Assembly (NCBI GenBank): GCA_963675245.1 | Contig: OY775910.1 | Span: 416,001 to 480,000, forward strand | Length of the DNA: 64,000 nt | Direction of reading: 5' to 3' | Source of the DNA: Acholeplasmataceae bacterium | GTDB lineage: Bacteria; Bacillota_I; Bacilli_A; Acholeplasmatales; Acholeplasmataceae | In this document: one piece after another, positions 49,389 to 59,611 of the stretch | Layout of the letters: every line of letters starts with the position of its first letter | Position numbering within the stretch: position 1 is the stretch's first letter | Translations under genes and position numbers: made by a program | Notes under the pieces: generated by a model | Seen by the model: the letters and a program-made list of their open reading frames with translations, nothing else | Database searches by the model: none | Told to the model about the DNA's origin: nothing

Positions 49389-51386
49389 TTATTTCGTTTC
49401 CGGTTTAATCGCTAGTTCTGGATTATTAAATCTAATCGCTTCTCTGATTTCTTTCATATAATCAGATTGCTCTTTCTTCTTCGCTTTTTTGTAAAGATAG
49501 TCATCAATACCTACAGCAGCTCTATGTCCATCTGAAACAGCTGTAATAATATCAGGACCTCTTAAAACGTCCCCACCAACAAATAGCCAATCAATACCTT
49601 CCACATGACCGTTTCCATCGGCTTTGATCTTGCCTCTTTCAATCGTCATCTTAGATGACAAGCTTTCTGGAAGATATGTGTAATCAGGTGCTTGACCGAT
49701 TGAGAAGAAAATTTGTTCTCCTTCTAGTAATGTGACATCTTCATCATCAAATTGAGGATTGAACCGTCCATCTTCATCAAAGACACATAAACACTTCTTG
49801 ACTTTAATGCCTTCAATGTTGCCATCTTTAATAATGATTTCTTGTGGACCACATCCAAAGTGATACGCGATACCTTCTTCGCCACCTTCGACATATTCAT
49901 CTTCATCAGCTGGCAAAATATCATAGGTTTCAAGGGACGTAAGTTTCACATCGACCTTACCATATTTAATCGTTTGTAGTCTTGCTAGGTTTCTAGCCAC
50001 GTCAAACGCGACATTACCACCACCAACAACCACTGCTGATTCTTTCACGGTAATATCTTCTAGTTTTAAGTCTCCTCGTGCAAAGTCTCTTGTGAGTGGT
50101 AAGAAATCCATCGCACCCATGACATCTTGGTGATCACTTCCTGGGATGTTAAGTTTTCTTGCACTAAAGAACCCAGTGCCTAAGAAGACAGCGTCATATT
50201 TTTCCTCTAATTCATCTAATGTGATGTCTTTACCCACTCTCGTGTTTAAATGAATATTCACGCCAATCTTTTTAATGAAGTCAATATCCTTTTGAACCGC
50301 GTAATCAGGAATACGATATTGTGGTGCACCAAAACTTGCGACACCACCTGCATGACTCTTTTCTTCAAAGACATCCACGTGATACCCTAAACCTCTTAAA
50401 TAATAAGCGGCACTTAAACTGGATGGCCCAGATCCGGCAATCGCGATCTTCGCGTCAATGACTTCAGAGACAGGTTCACTAAAGATCTTTTCATACATAT
50501 CATCAGGTGCAGAGTCAATAATATACCGCTTAAGCCATCTAATCGCGATGGCTTCGCCTCTTACAGCGATAGCGCAGGCAAATTCGCAGTTATGCGTACA
50601 TACCCTGCCACAAACCCCTGGAAGTGGGTTTGTCTCATAGACTTGACGTAAAGCCCCTTCTATGTCATCTTCCCAAATCGCTTTAATATACTGTGGTATA
50701 TGCATTTGCACAGGACATGATGCCGTACAGACACCGCATTCCACACAACGTGCGGCTTCCTGTTTCGCAAATTCCTTAGAATAACCACGAACCACTTCAA
50801 TATAACTCTTAACCCGTTCTTCTGGTTCAATGTGTGCCATTTCAACGCGTTTTAAATCAAGCAGATCTGTTTCTTCAGTTTTATGATAACCGCCTTCAAC
50901 TTTCATCTTTTCCCAAAGCTCATCAGGCATTAACACGAAATTATCTGGATCAGAATCCGCGTAAATGTATTCTTTTGACATTTGAAGAGATTCTGTCGTG
51001 CATGTGTCCACACATAACCCGCAGAAACAACATCTACCATAATCAATCACTGGACGCACTTGATGCTTACCCGCGACTAACGGTAAGTCTGTTCGTTCAA
51101 CCATTGTAATCGCGTCTGTTGGACAAATGTCTTCACATGTCCCACAACCAATACATTTCGTCCAATCATTCGTGTGAAAACCACGAAGATTATCCGGTGC
51201 GGTTCTAGGGTTAGCGTTTTCTAATTTTTTCTTTCTAAAAGGATGGGTCTTACGAAGGTAAGCCGCATTTCTTTCAGTAAAGATCGTATTGAGTTCATGT
51301 GACACAGGTGCTCTAAATAGGTATTTAAATAATCTAAACGGTCTAAATATACTCGGTTTTGGATATTTCTTGTTTTTATCGTCCAT
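49389..51386 (-). CDS. MbxN/NuoI-like 2[4Fe-4S] subunit fused to GltD/SudA-like FAD/NAD(P)H oxidoreductase
   Basis: CIGCGTCEDICP and CCFCGLCVDTC; RCVEC..C...CP, CGRVC...CE..C, GSGPSS, GGGNVA. Confidence 0.85.
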   Translation of the reverse strand: MDDKNKKYPKPSIFRPFRLFKYLFRAPVSHELNTIFTERNAAYLRKTHPFRKKKLENANPRTAPDNLRGFHTNDWTKCIGCGTCEDICPTDAITMVERTDLPLVAGKHQVRPVIDYGRCCFCGLCVDTCTTESLQMSKEYIYADSDPDNFVLMPDELWEKMKVEGGYHKTEETDLLDLKRVEMAHIEPEERVKSYIEVVRGYSKEFAKQEAARCVECGVCTASCPVQMHIPQYIKAIWEDDIEGALRQVYETNPLPGVCGRVCTHNCEFACAIAVRGEAIAIRWLKRYIIDSAPDDMYEKIFSEPVSEVIDAKIAIAGSGPSSLSAAYYLRGLGYHVDVFEEKSHAGGVASFGAPQYRIPDYAVQKDIDFIKKIGVNIHLNTRVGKDITLDELEEKYDAVFLGTGFFSARKLNIPGSDHQDVMGAMDFLPLTRDFARGDLKLEDITVKESAVVVGGGNVAFDVARNLARLQTIKYGKVDVKLTSLETYDILPADEDEYVEGGEEGIAYHFGCGPQEIIIKDGNIEGIKVKKCLCVFDEDGRFNPQFDDEDVTLLEGEQIFFSIGQAPDYTYLPESLSSKMTIERGKIKADGNGHVEGIDWLFVGGDVLRGPDIITAVSDGHRAAVGIDDYLYKKAKKKEQSDYMKEIREAIRFNNPELAIKPETK

Positions 51387-51396
51387 GTTAGCCTCC

Positions 51397-52503
51397 CTAC
51401 CTATCTATCTCAGGGGAACAGATCCCCATCGTATCTACCCAAAGGGCAGCGTCATCAATTCTCGTACCTGGTAAGTATTTTTCAATACCGAGTAACCCTT
51501 GTGGGTAACTCGCACCTCTGACACCCACACGATATGGGTAAGTCCCACCATTTGATACCATATAGTATCCGAATTCACCACGACTGGATTCAATCGGTGA
51601 ATAGACATATCCTTTAGGTACTGTCCAACGCATCGATTGACCACGTTGTGGTTTCACTCTGACAGGACCTTCAGGCATCTTAGCTATACATTGTCTAATA
51701 ATATGAATGGATTGCTGGACTTCTTTAAGTTTAATATCAAGTCGTGCTCTTGCATCACTATAATCAGATGTCGGTACGTCAAAGTCCACTTGATCATATT
51801 TCGCATAAGGCATGACTTTTCTTAAGTCATTTTTCTTGTTTACTGCTGAACGCATCCCAATACCAGTCACACCTAATTCCCAAACGACTGATTCAGGTAA
51901 CATAATCGTATCTTTAATACGTTTAATTAACGTCGCGTTATCAATCCCTAAATCGCGATATTCAGATATTCTTGATTCTAAACCTTTCAAGAAATCAAGA
52001 ATCTCTGCGTCAATGCCTTTAGGCAGATCCATACGAACACCACCAATCACGATGTATTGGTGATAAACCCTCGCACCTGTAATTTTCTCAAAGATATCAA
52101 GAATTAAGTTACGATCAACGTGTGCGTGATACATCAAGGTATAGTTACCTGTTGGACCACCACATCCACCGTAAGCCATTAAATGTGCAGAAATTCTTGC
52201 AAGTTCTAAGATAATCATACGAATCCAATGGGCTCTTTCAGGTATGTCTAACTTTAAGAGTTTTTCAGCCGCTAACGCGAACGCCATTTCATTGATATCT
52301 GGTTCTGGTACGCAGACTCTAGGAATTAAAGAAATGTTTTGAACCCAAAGTTTCTTTTCCATGGCTTTTTCAAAGCCCCTGTGTAACATACCAGGCAGTA
52401 AATAACTTCTTTTGATGATATCGCCATCAACGAACATATGAACAGATGCGTTTCCGTGCATCCCAGGATGTTGAGGTCCTAAAAACAATTTCATTTCTTT
52501 CAT
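51397..52503 (-). CDS. mbxL: MbxL/NuoD-like catalytic subunit without a full NiFe ligand set
   Basis: GPQHPGMHG, HRGFEK, RVCVPEPD, C-terminal ICSPEIDR (single Cys at each site). Confidence 0.8.
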   Translation of the reverse strand: MKEMKLFLGPQHPGMHGNASVHMFVDGDIIKRSYLLPGMLHRGFEKAMEKKLWVQNISLIPRVCVPEPDINEMAFALAAEKLLKLDIPERAHWIRMIILELARISAHLMAYGGCGGPTGNYTLMYHAHVDRNLILDIFEKITGARVYHQYIVIGGVRMDLPKGIDAEILDFLKGLESRISEYRDLGIDNATLIKRIKDTIMLPESVVWELGVTGIGMRSAVNKKNDLRKVMPYAKYDQVDFDVPTSDYSDARARLDIKLKEVQQSIHIIRQCIAKMPEGPVRVKPQRGQSMRWTVPKGYVYSPIESSRGEFGYYMVSNGGTYPYRVGVRGASYPQGLLGIEKYLPGTRIDDAALWVDTMGICSPEIDR

Positions 52504-53093
52504 TGTTTCTTACCTCCACTTCTTAGACTTTCAGCACGTTTCGCTCTTTCTTCACGTTTCGCTTTACGCTTATTATCAGGGCTACTGACTTCATAATCAT
52601 GTTTTGGTTCTCTAGATGGATATTTCTTATCACTATACGCTTTAGAATCAAAATCTTTTCTTAAGGGGGGGATGTCATCCCAACCTTCCAAAATTAATTG
52701 CTTATGATACTCAGGATTTCCTGGGAATTTGATACCAAAAAATTCATGTGCTTCTCTTTCGTAATACTTAGCCCCTGGATAGATTGGCATAATGGTTGTT
52801 ACTTCAGGGTTTTCTCGATCGATCTTAGATCTGACTTGCACATAAACAGGTTTATCCCAATTAAAGACGATATAGACTAATTCAAATTGGTTGTCATCAA
52901 TCCAATCAACCGCGCTTAAATAAGAGAGTTGTTTCCAACCGGCTTGTTTTAAGGTGGTGAGTAAGACGTGAATATCTTTTTTCTCAATTTCAAACGCGAT
53001 TTGACCTTGATCAATCACATCGACTAACTTAGGCGTGATTGTCTTTTCAACGAGGTCTTTCACAAACGCTTGATTACTCATGCCATTCGTCAT
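52500..53093 (-). CDS. mbxK: MbxK/NuoC-like subunit
   Basis: YEREAHEFFGIKFPG...PPLRKDF. Confidence 0.8.
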   Translation of the reverse strand: MTNGMSNQAFVKDLVEKTITPKLVDVIDQGQIAFEIEKKDIHVLLTTLKQAGWKQLSYLSAVDWIDDNQFELVYIVFNWDKPVYVQVRSKIDRENPEVTTIMPIYPGAKYYEREAHEFFGIKFPGNPEYHKQLILEGWDDIPPLRKDFDSKAYSDKKYPSREPKHDYEVSSPDNKRKAKREERAKRAESLRSGGKKQ

Positions 53094-53652
53094 GAACATC
53101 CACCTCCCCAAGTGCCGTCTTCTGGTTTTCTTTATACCACGCATTATTCTCATGATATTTCTTCCAACCATTCGCGGTCTTATGTTTAATACCTTGCATC
53201 AGATCAACAAATCCATTTAACACAGATTCAGGATTTGGCATACATCCAGCGACATAAACATCAACAGGAATATACTGATCAAGTTGATTGATGACGGCAT
53301 GTGAATCATGATAGATCCCACCATTAATCGGACATGACCCAAGTGCGACGACATATCTAGGTTCACTCATTTGTTCATACGTATAAATAAGTCTTCTTAA
53401 TGTCTTTAAAGATAGATAACCAGACACCAATAATATATCTGCTTGTCTAGGGGTTGCCATAGGTCCCATACCAAGACGTTCCATATCATAAGCGGATGTC
53501 ATTGACGGTGGTAATTCAATCGCGCAGCACCCTGTACAATACATGAGTAACCACAACGAATTTCTTCTAAAGAAATCGCCAACTTCCCACCATTTACGAT
53601 CTATTTCGGCTTTTGTTAATTTTTCTACTGGACTAAATTTTGTACTTTTCAT
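53074..53652 (-). CDS. mbxJ: MbxJ/NuoB-like Fe-S subunit
   Basis: CTGCCAIE, PRQADILLVSG, GSC, PVDVYVAGCMP. Confidence 0.82.
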   Translation of the reverse strand: MKSTKFSPVEKLTKAEIDRKWWEVGDFFRRNSLWLLMYCTGCCAIELPPSMTSAYDMERLGMGPMATPRQADILLVSGYLSLKTLRRLIYTYEQMSEPRYVVALGSCPINGGIYHDSHAVINQLDQYIPVDVYVAGCMPNPESVLNGFVDLMQGIKHKTANGWKKYHENNAWYKENQKTALGEVDVHDEWHE

Positions 53653-53653
53653 A

Positions 53654-54565
53654 TTAGATCACCCATCCTAAATAGATTGCTATGACGGCTTGAACAACCG
53701 CCATGGCGAGTGGCCACTTGTAGAAGAATGTGACGACTTGGTCAATCTTGAACCTGCCATTCACGTTACTAATCAAATTCACCACGGTATAAACCACTGC
53801 GTACTTCAATATAAATTCAAATATGTTAGATGCCCCACCTAAGAATAAGTGGACAAATAAACTCACTTCAATAAACACAGATATTTCATGGAGGATGAAT
53901 AACATCCCTAATTGCTTACCACCATATTCCACCATCGGACCAGACGCGATTTCCGCTGGTGCGATATAGGTTTCAAATGGTTTCTTACCAAGCATACCCA
54001 TGAGCGCTAAGACACCAACGATACCACCAAGCGGTAACGCGATGATAAACCAGTTATGACCTACTTCTTGTTGGTATAACATGATCTCTGTTAATGAACT
54101 ATGACCAGATAAGTTAATAATCGTCATCACGACAATCAAGAACGGTACTTCATAAGCCATCATGGTCGTTAAGGCACGCATCACACCAACGCTTGCCCAA
54201 GGATTTCCAGAGCCGCTTGCTGACATCGCCATCCCTAACATACCAACCGCTAATAAATAGACGAAGATGAAGAAATTATCATAGTTCTCAAATGCTAAAA
54301 TACGTGACGTGATTGGCATGAACATCGCTGTCGCGATGATACCGCCAAGTGCCATAATGACACCAAAATCAAAGATCCAACCATGACTCACACTACGTTT
54401 ACTTAAGAGCTTAAAGATATCGATGAATTCTTGATACCACCTTGGACCTTGTCTCTTCTGAAGTCTTCCTATGATCTTACGATTAATCCCACCTAATGAT
54501 GTTTGTAAGACAAACCCGAATAATGCGACGCCTAATCCTATTAATATATTTATAAGTAATGTCAT
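53654..54565 (-). CDS. mbxM: MbxM/NuoH-like membrane subunit
   Basis: RKIIGRLQKRQGP..Q...D..KL, PFE...A..EIASGPMVEYGG. Confidence 0.82.
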   Translation of the reverse strand: MTLLINILIGLGVALFGFVLQTSLGGINRKIIGRLQKRQGPRWYQEFIDIFKLLSKRSVSHGWIFDFGVIMALGGIIATAMFMPITSRILAFENYDNFFIFVYLLAVGMLGMAMSASGSGNPWASVGVMRALTTMMAYEVPFLIVVMTIINLSGHSSLTEIMLYQQEVGHNWFIIALPLGGIVGVLALMGMLGKKPFETYIAPAEIASGPMVEYGGKQLGMLFILHEISVFIEVSLFVHLFLGGASNIFEFILKYAVVYTVVNLISNVNGRFKIDQVVTFFYKWPLAMAVVQAVIAIYLGWVI

Positions 54566-56382
54566 AAGATTACACCCCACAATAACAAGATGATGATCAC
54601 AACAATCCAAATGAGTGTCGATCCAATATATTTATTCATGAATAGGTATTTACTCAAAGCCCCTAATTCTTTAACCTTCTTCTTTAATGCCTCATAAAAG
54701 ACCGTCATATAATGCGAATGTTTTTCATACAGTCTTTCAAGTGGCGCATAAAAATCTACACTGTAATGAAGCAGATGGGAATCATGCACGAAGTTCGCTG
54801 CCGTATATGTATCCATTAAATCCACTTTTCTTGATCTCTTTAAGACGATGAAAATGATAAACGCAACAATCACACCCACCATAAAGACCAGTGAGATGAG
54901 CGCTGGATTTAAGATACCGTTATATCCTTGTATCTCATAGGTCGTGACAACCAGTGCCGGATATCCCATTTCTGCAATCACGTTATTAATATAGTTTAAG
55001 ATGCCTGCAGGGAATATCCCTGTATATAAATTCGCACCCATTAAAATGAATGTTGGAATTAACATGAGAAGCGGTGCTTCTTTGATGCCTTTATATTCTT
55101 TGAATTCTTGACCTAAGAATAATGCAGCGAGTGGCCTAAACACATATAGAAATGATCCTATGCTACCAAAGAACACGGCAATCCCTACAAAGACTAATCC
55201 CTGATTAATCACCGCTTGGAAGATGAGCCATTTCGAGATGAACCCACCCATTGGCGGAATCCCAGCCATCGAGATAATCGCGATCAAATACGCCAAATAC
55301 GTGATCGGCATTCTGTGAATCATCCCACCGAGCTCTTTCATCTTCGTCGTACCTGCTGCTCTACCCACAGCTGCGATCGCCATGAATGCTGCAGCACTTG
55401 CTAAGGCATGCGCTAGAATATGATAGAACCCACCAGCAAACGCGATTTCATTCATTAAACTAAACGCGACTAAAATATAACCACCATGACTCATGGATGA
55501 ATAAGCGAGTAATTTCTTCGCGTCATCTTCCTTAATCGCCATCAGTGTCCCAAAGACGATGGATACACTACCTAATATCGCCACCACATATTGACCAATC
55601 GGTAAACCAATTGGATCAAACACACCGGTTGCAGGTATGATTCTAATGAGTGCTAAAACACCAATGAACGCACCTAACTTAACGAGTGCACCTGATAAGA
55701 CAGGTGAGAATGGATGAGGTGCATTCCCATGCGCAATCGGTAACCACACATGAAGCGGGAAAGCCCCTAGCTTAGCGAATGCCGCCACCAAGAACGTAAT
55801 GAACACAACCAGTGCACTCGTTCCTGACAAGCCCGCTAAACTATCTGCAATATCCATGGTTCCTGTAGCTTGATATGCAACAAAGATACCAACGAGCATA
55901 GCGACTGAACCCGTCACGCTAAACCCATAATAGGTCACAGCTGCTTTCACGCTCTTACCCATAGGGATTAAGAACATCGTTGACCAGATAATCAGTTCAA
56001 AGAAGAAAAACAGTTGAATGAAATTATCGGTGAAGAATGCTCCCATGATGCCTGCTAAACTCAATAAGAATAACATGTTATAACTGTTTTTATATTTATA
56101 TTCATTTAAGTAATACGGATGGAAGAAACTCACCATCAAATAAATGAAGACGATAATCACAGAGAAATAAAACCCTAAATAAGTTTGTGTAAATGTGAAT
56201 GGTACATAGAGAGTTTCCTCAACAAGATTCATACCAAATCCATAACCAGCTAAAGAGATAAACACAAACAGTGTCGCGAAGATCGTAAATACCGAACCAA
56301 CAAATGTATGGAGCTTCGTCAGTAGATAACTAACAAGTGACGCACCTACTAAGAATAAAATCAAATATTCAATACTAGCCAT
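54562..56382 (-). CDS. MbxH'/MrpD-NuoL-like antiporter subunit
   Basis: AKLGAFPLHVWLP.AH..AP.P.S..LSG, KKLLAYSS, GIPPMGGFISK. Confidence 0.85.
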   Translation of the reverse strand: MASIEYLILFLVGASLVSYLLTKLHTFVGSVFTIFATLFVFISLAGYGFGMNLVEETLYVPFTFTQTYLGFYFSVIIVFIYLMVSFFHPYYLNEYKYKNSYNMLFLLSLAGIMGAFFTDNFIQLFFFFELIIWSTMFLIPMGKSVKAAVTYYGFSVTGSVAMLVGIFVAYQATGTMDIADSLAGLSGTSALVVFITFLVAAFAKLGAFPLHVWLPIAHGNAPHPFSPVLSGALVKLGAFIGVLALIRIIPATGVFDPIGLPIGQYVVAILGSVSIVFGTLMAIKEDDAKKLLAYSSMSHGGYILVAFSLMNEIAFAGGFYHILAHALASAAAFMAIAAVGRAAGTTKMKELGGMIHRMPITYLAYLIAIISMAGIPPMGGFISKWLIFQAVINQGLVFVGIAVFFGSIGSFLYVFRPLAALFLGQEFKEYKGIKEAPLLMLIPTFILMGANLYTGIFPAGILNYINNVIAEMGYPALVVTTYEIQGYNGILNPALISLVFMVGVIVAFIIFIVLKRSRKVDLMDTYTAANFVHDSHLLHYSVDFYAPLERLYEKHSHYMTVFYEALKKKVKELGALSKYLFMNKYIGSTLIWIVVIIILLLWGVIL

Positions 56383-57751
56383 GCATCATCACCTGCCTTA
56401 CATGATCCACCAAATCATTCAACTCATAGAGTGGTGTGATATATACACCAAGCACAACTAACGCTAGTCCAATAACAACAAATACTATCTTAAACGACCA
56501 GTGGTACTTCACTTGAATATCATGTTCACCTTTATACCATAACTTCACAAGTAACTTGATGAAGTATATCCCTTCAATGACAGACGCTACTAGTATAAGA
56601 ACGACTAACCATATGTGGTCATAATCAGCTAATAACATTAAGAAATTTAGTTTAATGTTAAATCCAACAAATAGCGGTAATCCCATGACGCTTAATGCAG
56701 CGATCGTAAATGTGACACCAACGACCTTATTATGAGCAAATAACCCTTGTAAAGCGTGTGTCTCATCACTACCTACTTCTTTTGTCGCTTTATTGATGAC
56801 TAAGAATAAAACGGTTTTACTCACAGCATTCGCGACAATTAAGTAAACTGCCCAAATGATAATGCCATTCACAAATAACAACGCAACAATACTCGCTTGA
56901 GCCACACTGCTAAATAATAGAATTTCTCTCGTCTTACGGGATGCAAATGCCATCACATCACCCAAGATGATACCCACCACAAGAATGATCGTAACGACCA
57001 TTAACAAGGTGCCTTCGAATGCGAATAAATTCGTAATCAGTCTTCCTAAGACAAAACTCATCGCAGCTGCGTATACCCCTGCAATCATTGGACCAGATAA
57101 TGTATTAGAATTGCCTAATACACCTTTGACCCATGCATTAAATGGTAAGAGTTTCGCTTCTACGCCTAACCCGATAAACATCATTGAAAAAGGTAGAATC
57201 AATTGTTGATAGTTTCCAACAGCTTGAATCTTTTCAATCATATCGACCATATTGAGTGTACCAAACATGGCATATAAGATAATAAGTCCAAACAAGAATA
57301 ACGAACTACCAATCGCACCTAAAACCAAATAATGAAATGTACTCACTAACTTCTTATTCGATGCTGAAATCAAATAAGCAGCAATGCCTGATATTTCTAA
57401 GAACACAAATAAATTAAATAAGTCATTGGTCAACATCAAACCACTTAATCCCGCCATCGCAAGCAACATCACGCTTGCAAACTTTTCATATGCTTTAAAG
57501 TTAAGTACCGCGATCACTAAGATTAATGCATTCACTAAGATTAACCCTAGTCTTGCATACATATCAACAAGTAAGTTAATACCTAAAGGTTGATCAAATC
57601 CACCAATGATATAAAAGCCATCATTTAAGAAAAACAACAACACCACATTAAAGAGTCCCACCAATATAAGTAAATAAGGAGCAAGCTTCTTAACGATAAT
57701 AGCGATGAATGCGGCAAGCAACGGTATGACAATTAACAATATAGCGCTCAT
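56375..57751 (-). CDS. MbxH/MrpD-like antiporter subunit
   Basis: DLFNLFVFLEI, EAKLLPF..W, GLPLFVGF. Confidence 0.85.
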   Translation of the reverse strand: MSAILLIVIPLLAAFIAIIVKKLAPYLLILVGLFNVVLLFFLNDGFYIIGGFDQPLGINLLVDMYARLGLILVNALILVIAVLNFKAYEKFASVMLLAMAGLSGLMLTNDLFNLFVFLEISGIAAYLISASNKKLVSTFHYLVLGAIGSSLFLFGLIILYAMFGTLNMVDMIEKIQAVGNYQQLILPFSMMFIGLGVEAKLLPFNAWVKGVLGNSNTLSGPMIAGVYAAAMSFVLGRLITNLFAFEGTLLMVVTIILVVGIILGDVMAFASRKTREILLFSSVAQASIVALLFVNGIIIWAVYLIVANAVSKTVLFLVINKATKEVGSDETHALQGLFAHNKVVGVTFTIAALSVMGLPLFVGFNIKLNFLMLLADYDHIWLVVLILVASVIEGIYFIKLLVKLWYKGEHDIQVKYHWSFKIVFVVIGLALVVLGVYITPLYELNDLVDHVRQVMMHG

Positions 57752-58083
57752 GATTCATCCCCCATTTCATCCAGTTCAAATGTTTTATGAACCTTGTGGA
57801 TATAATTAGCAATCGCTAGCGCGAGTGCGGTTGTTCCAACACCAATCACAATCGCGGTTAACACGAGTGCTTGAGGAATCGGATCAACATAGATTAACCC
57901 ATTTCCAGTTGTACTTGTCAATATAGGTGCGATACCATCATATGTAAACCCAATACTAATAATGAAAATATTTAATCCTAGTTCCATCACATTTAATGAA
58001 ACAATAATCTTAATCACGTTTTTGTTAATAAATAATCCATAGAGGCCTAAAACAAATAATAAGATAGCTGCGTATTGTATCAT
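57748..58083 (-). CDS. MbxG/MrpC (MnhC)-like subunit
   Basis: VDPIPQALVLTAIVIG. Confidence 0.88.
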   Translation of the reverse strand: MIQYAAILLFVLGLYGLFINKNVIKIIVSLNVMELGLNIFIISIGFTYDGIAPILTSTTGNGLIYVDPIPQALVLTAIVIGVGTTALALAIANYIHKVHKTFELDEMGDES

Positions 58084-58790
58084 GATAAACCCTCCTCTGT
58101 TAAGAAGTTATCGACGATACCAGCGATTTCACTACCGACCTTCAGCCCAATTAAAATATAAATAATTGGTATAATACCGGCACTTAATAAATCACCTACT
58201 GTACCACTAGGTAGGAAGTTCTGTAAAAAGTATGTGGCTAACACTAACCCCAGTAATCCGATGACTACAAATAAACTACCTGCAATACCTTCTAATATCT
58301 TAAAGCCTTTGACATTACTTCTAAATTGATCATCTGCTAAATATAACAATAAGACCGCACTCGCGATAATCGCACCACCCGGAAAACCACCACCAGGAGT
58401 CAAATGACCATGAGCAATGATATATAAACTCACTACTAAAATCACGCTAAAGATAATTCTTGAACCCACTCTTAGCATGAAATTAGGTTTAAACTTAAGA
58501 TCTAATCTCGTTTGGTTTTCTCCACCAAACATCATCGCGACACCAAGTGCACAGATGAATAACACCGTCACTTCCCCTAACGTATCTAATCCTCGATAAC
58601 CAACGACGATTGCTGTCACGATATTCGCAGCACCAACCAATGCAACATGTTCATCTGTAAAATACAAACTTGAGACACGATCATTTAAATCAACATCACC
58701 AAATGCAGGAAATGAAGGCGCATCTGCTAACGCTAAAATGATGAGTACACCTAATGTCACTGCTACCAATAAGCCAACGACTTTTCTCAT
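58080..58790 (-). CDS. MbxF/MrpB (MnhB)-like subunit
   Basis: NIVTAIV..YRGLDTLGE, HGHLTPGGGFPGG. Confidence 0.88.
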   Translation of the reverse strand: MRKVVGLLVAVTLGVLIILALADAPSFPAFGDVDLNDRVSSLYFTDEHVALVGAANIVTAIVVGYRGLDTLGEVTVLFICALGVAMMFGGENQTRLDLKFKPNFMLRVGSRIIFSVILVVSLYIIAHGHLTPGGGFPGGAIIASAVLLLYLADDQFRSNVKGFKILEGIAGSLFVVIGLLGLVLATYFLQNFLPSGTVGDLLSAGIIPIIYILIGLKVGSEIAGIVDNFLTEEGLS

Positions 58791-59038
58791 TTCGCATCCC
58801 TCCTTCTCACTGATAACAACGTAAACACAAATAACGATGTCACCAAACCACTACCAATTACTGCTTCAGTAATCGCGACATCTGGTGCTTTTAACATGAC
58901 AAAGGATACAACAGCGAGCATACTTAATGCTGATAGATACAGCACTGATTTAATCAGTTTCTTTGAATTCACAGCCATAAACGCCATCACTAAAAGTAAC
59001 ACACCAATCACGATCGATACAATATCAAAAAATGTCAT
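58787..59038 (-). CDS. MbxD (DUF4040/MrpA C-terminal-like) subunit
   Basis: LKAPDVAITEAVIGSG. Confidence 0.85.
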   Translation of the reverse strand: MTFFDIVSIVIGVLLLVMAFMAVNSKKLIKSVLYLSALSMLAVVSFVMLKAPDVAITEAVIGSGLVTSLFVFTLLSVRRRDAK

Positions 59039-59355
59039 GACTGATCACCTCGATCCTTTAAATCATCTTGAACAAGATTATCAGGAATTAAGTTTGCGTT
59101 ATAAGTCGCTTTCGCAATCACACTCGATCCAATCGGATTAGAGATCACAATAAATAAAATAATGACAATAATCTTAAATGTCCATTCCGGTTGTTGGAAA
59201 GCCACACCAATCAAGAATGAGAAAGCACCAAGTGTGGTCGCTTTTGTTCCTGCTTGAATACGGTTAAACGTATCTGGCATTCTAAGTACACCTAATCCGC
59301 CAAGAAAGAAAAAGAGTGCACCAATGATTAAGAACACATAACTAGTGATCAACAT
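59035..59355 (-). CDS. MbxC/MrpG (MnhG)-like subunit
   Basis: LRMPDTFNRIQAGTKATTLG. Confidence 0.88.
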   Translation of the reverse strand: MLITSYVFLIIGALFFFLGGLGVLRMPDTFNRIQAGTKATTLGAFSFLIGVAFQQPEWTFKIIVIILFIVISNPIGSSVIAKATYNANLIPDNLVQDDLKDRGDQS

Positions 59356-59611
59356 GATGTTTACCCTCCAAATATCTAGCGAATACAACCGTTTCTAAAA
59401 ACGCTAAAATCGCATATACAATCGCGATGTCCAAATAGAGGTTACTTTTAAATAATAAGGCTAAAGCAGCAATCACACCAATAACAATCATATTGAATGT
59501 ATCTAATGCTACAACCCTGTCACTTAACTTTGGACCTATAATCAATCTAATGACTGTAAATAAAACACCTAATCCCATGAGTGAGAATACGATATAATCT
59601 ATCCATTCCAT
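59342..59611 (-). CDS. MbxB/MrpF (MnhF)-like subunit
   Basis: RLIIGPKLSDRVVALD. Confidence 0.88.
   Translation of the reverse strand: MEWIDYIVFSLMGLGVLFTVIRLIIGPKLSDRVVALDTFNMIVIGVIAALALLFKSNLYLDIAIVYAILAFLETVVFARYLEGKHHVDH

Noticed and set aside
49389..51386. Glutamate synthase small subunit (gltD)
   Set aside because: No gltB nearby; the domain is fused to a NuoI-like module at the end of the mbx operon.
51397..53652. NiFe hydrogenase (Mbh/Ech) or canonical NADH:quinone oxidoreductase
   Set aside because: Large subunit lacks both CxxC NiFe motifs; no NuoA/E/F/G genes; gene order matches mbx.
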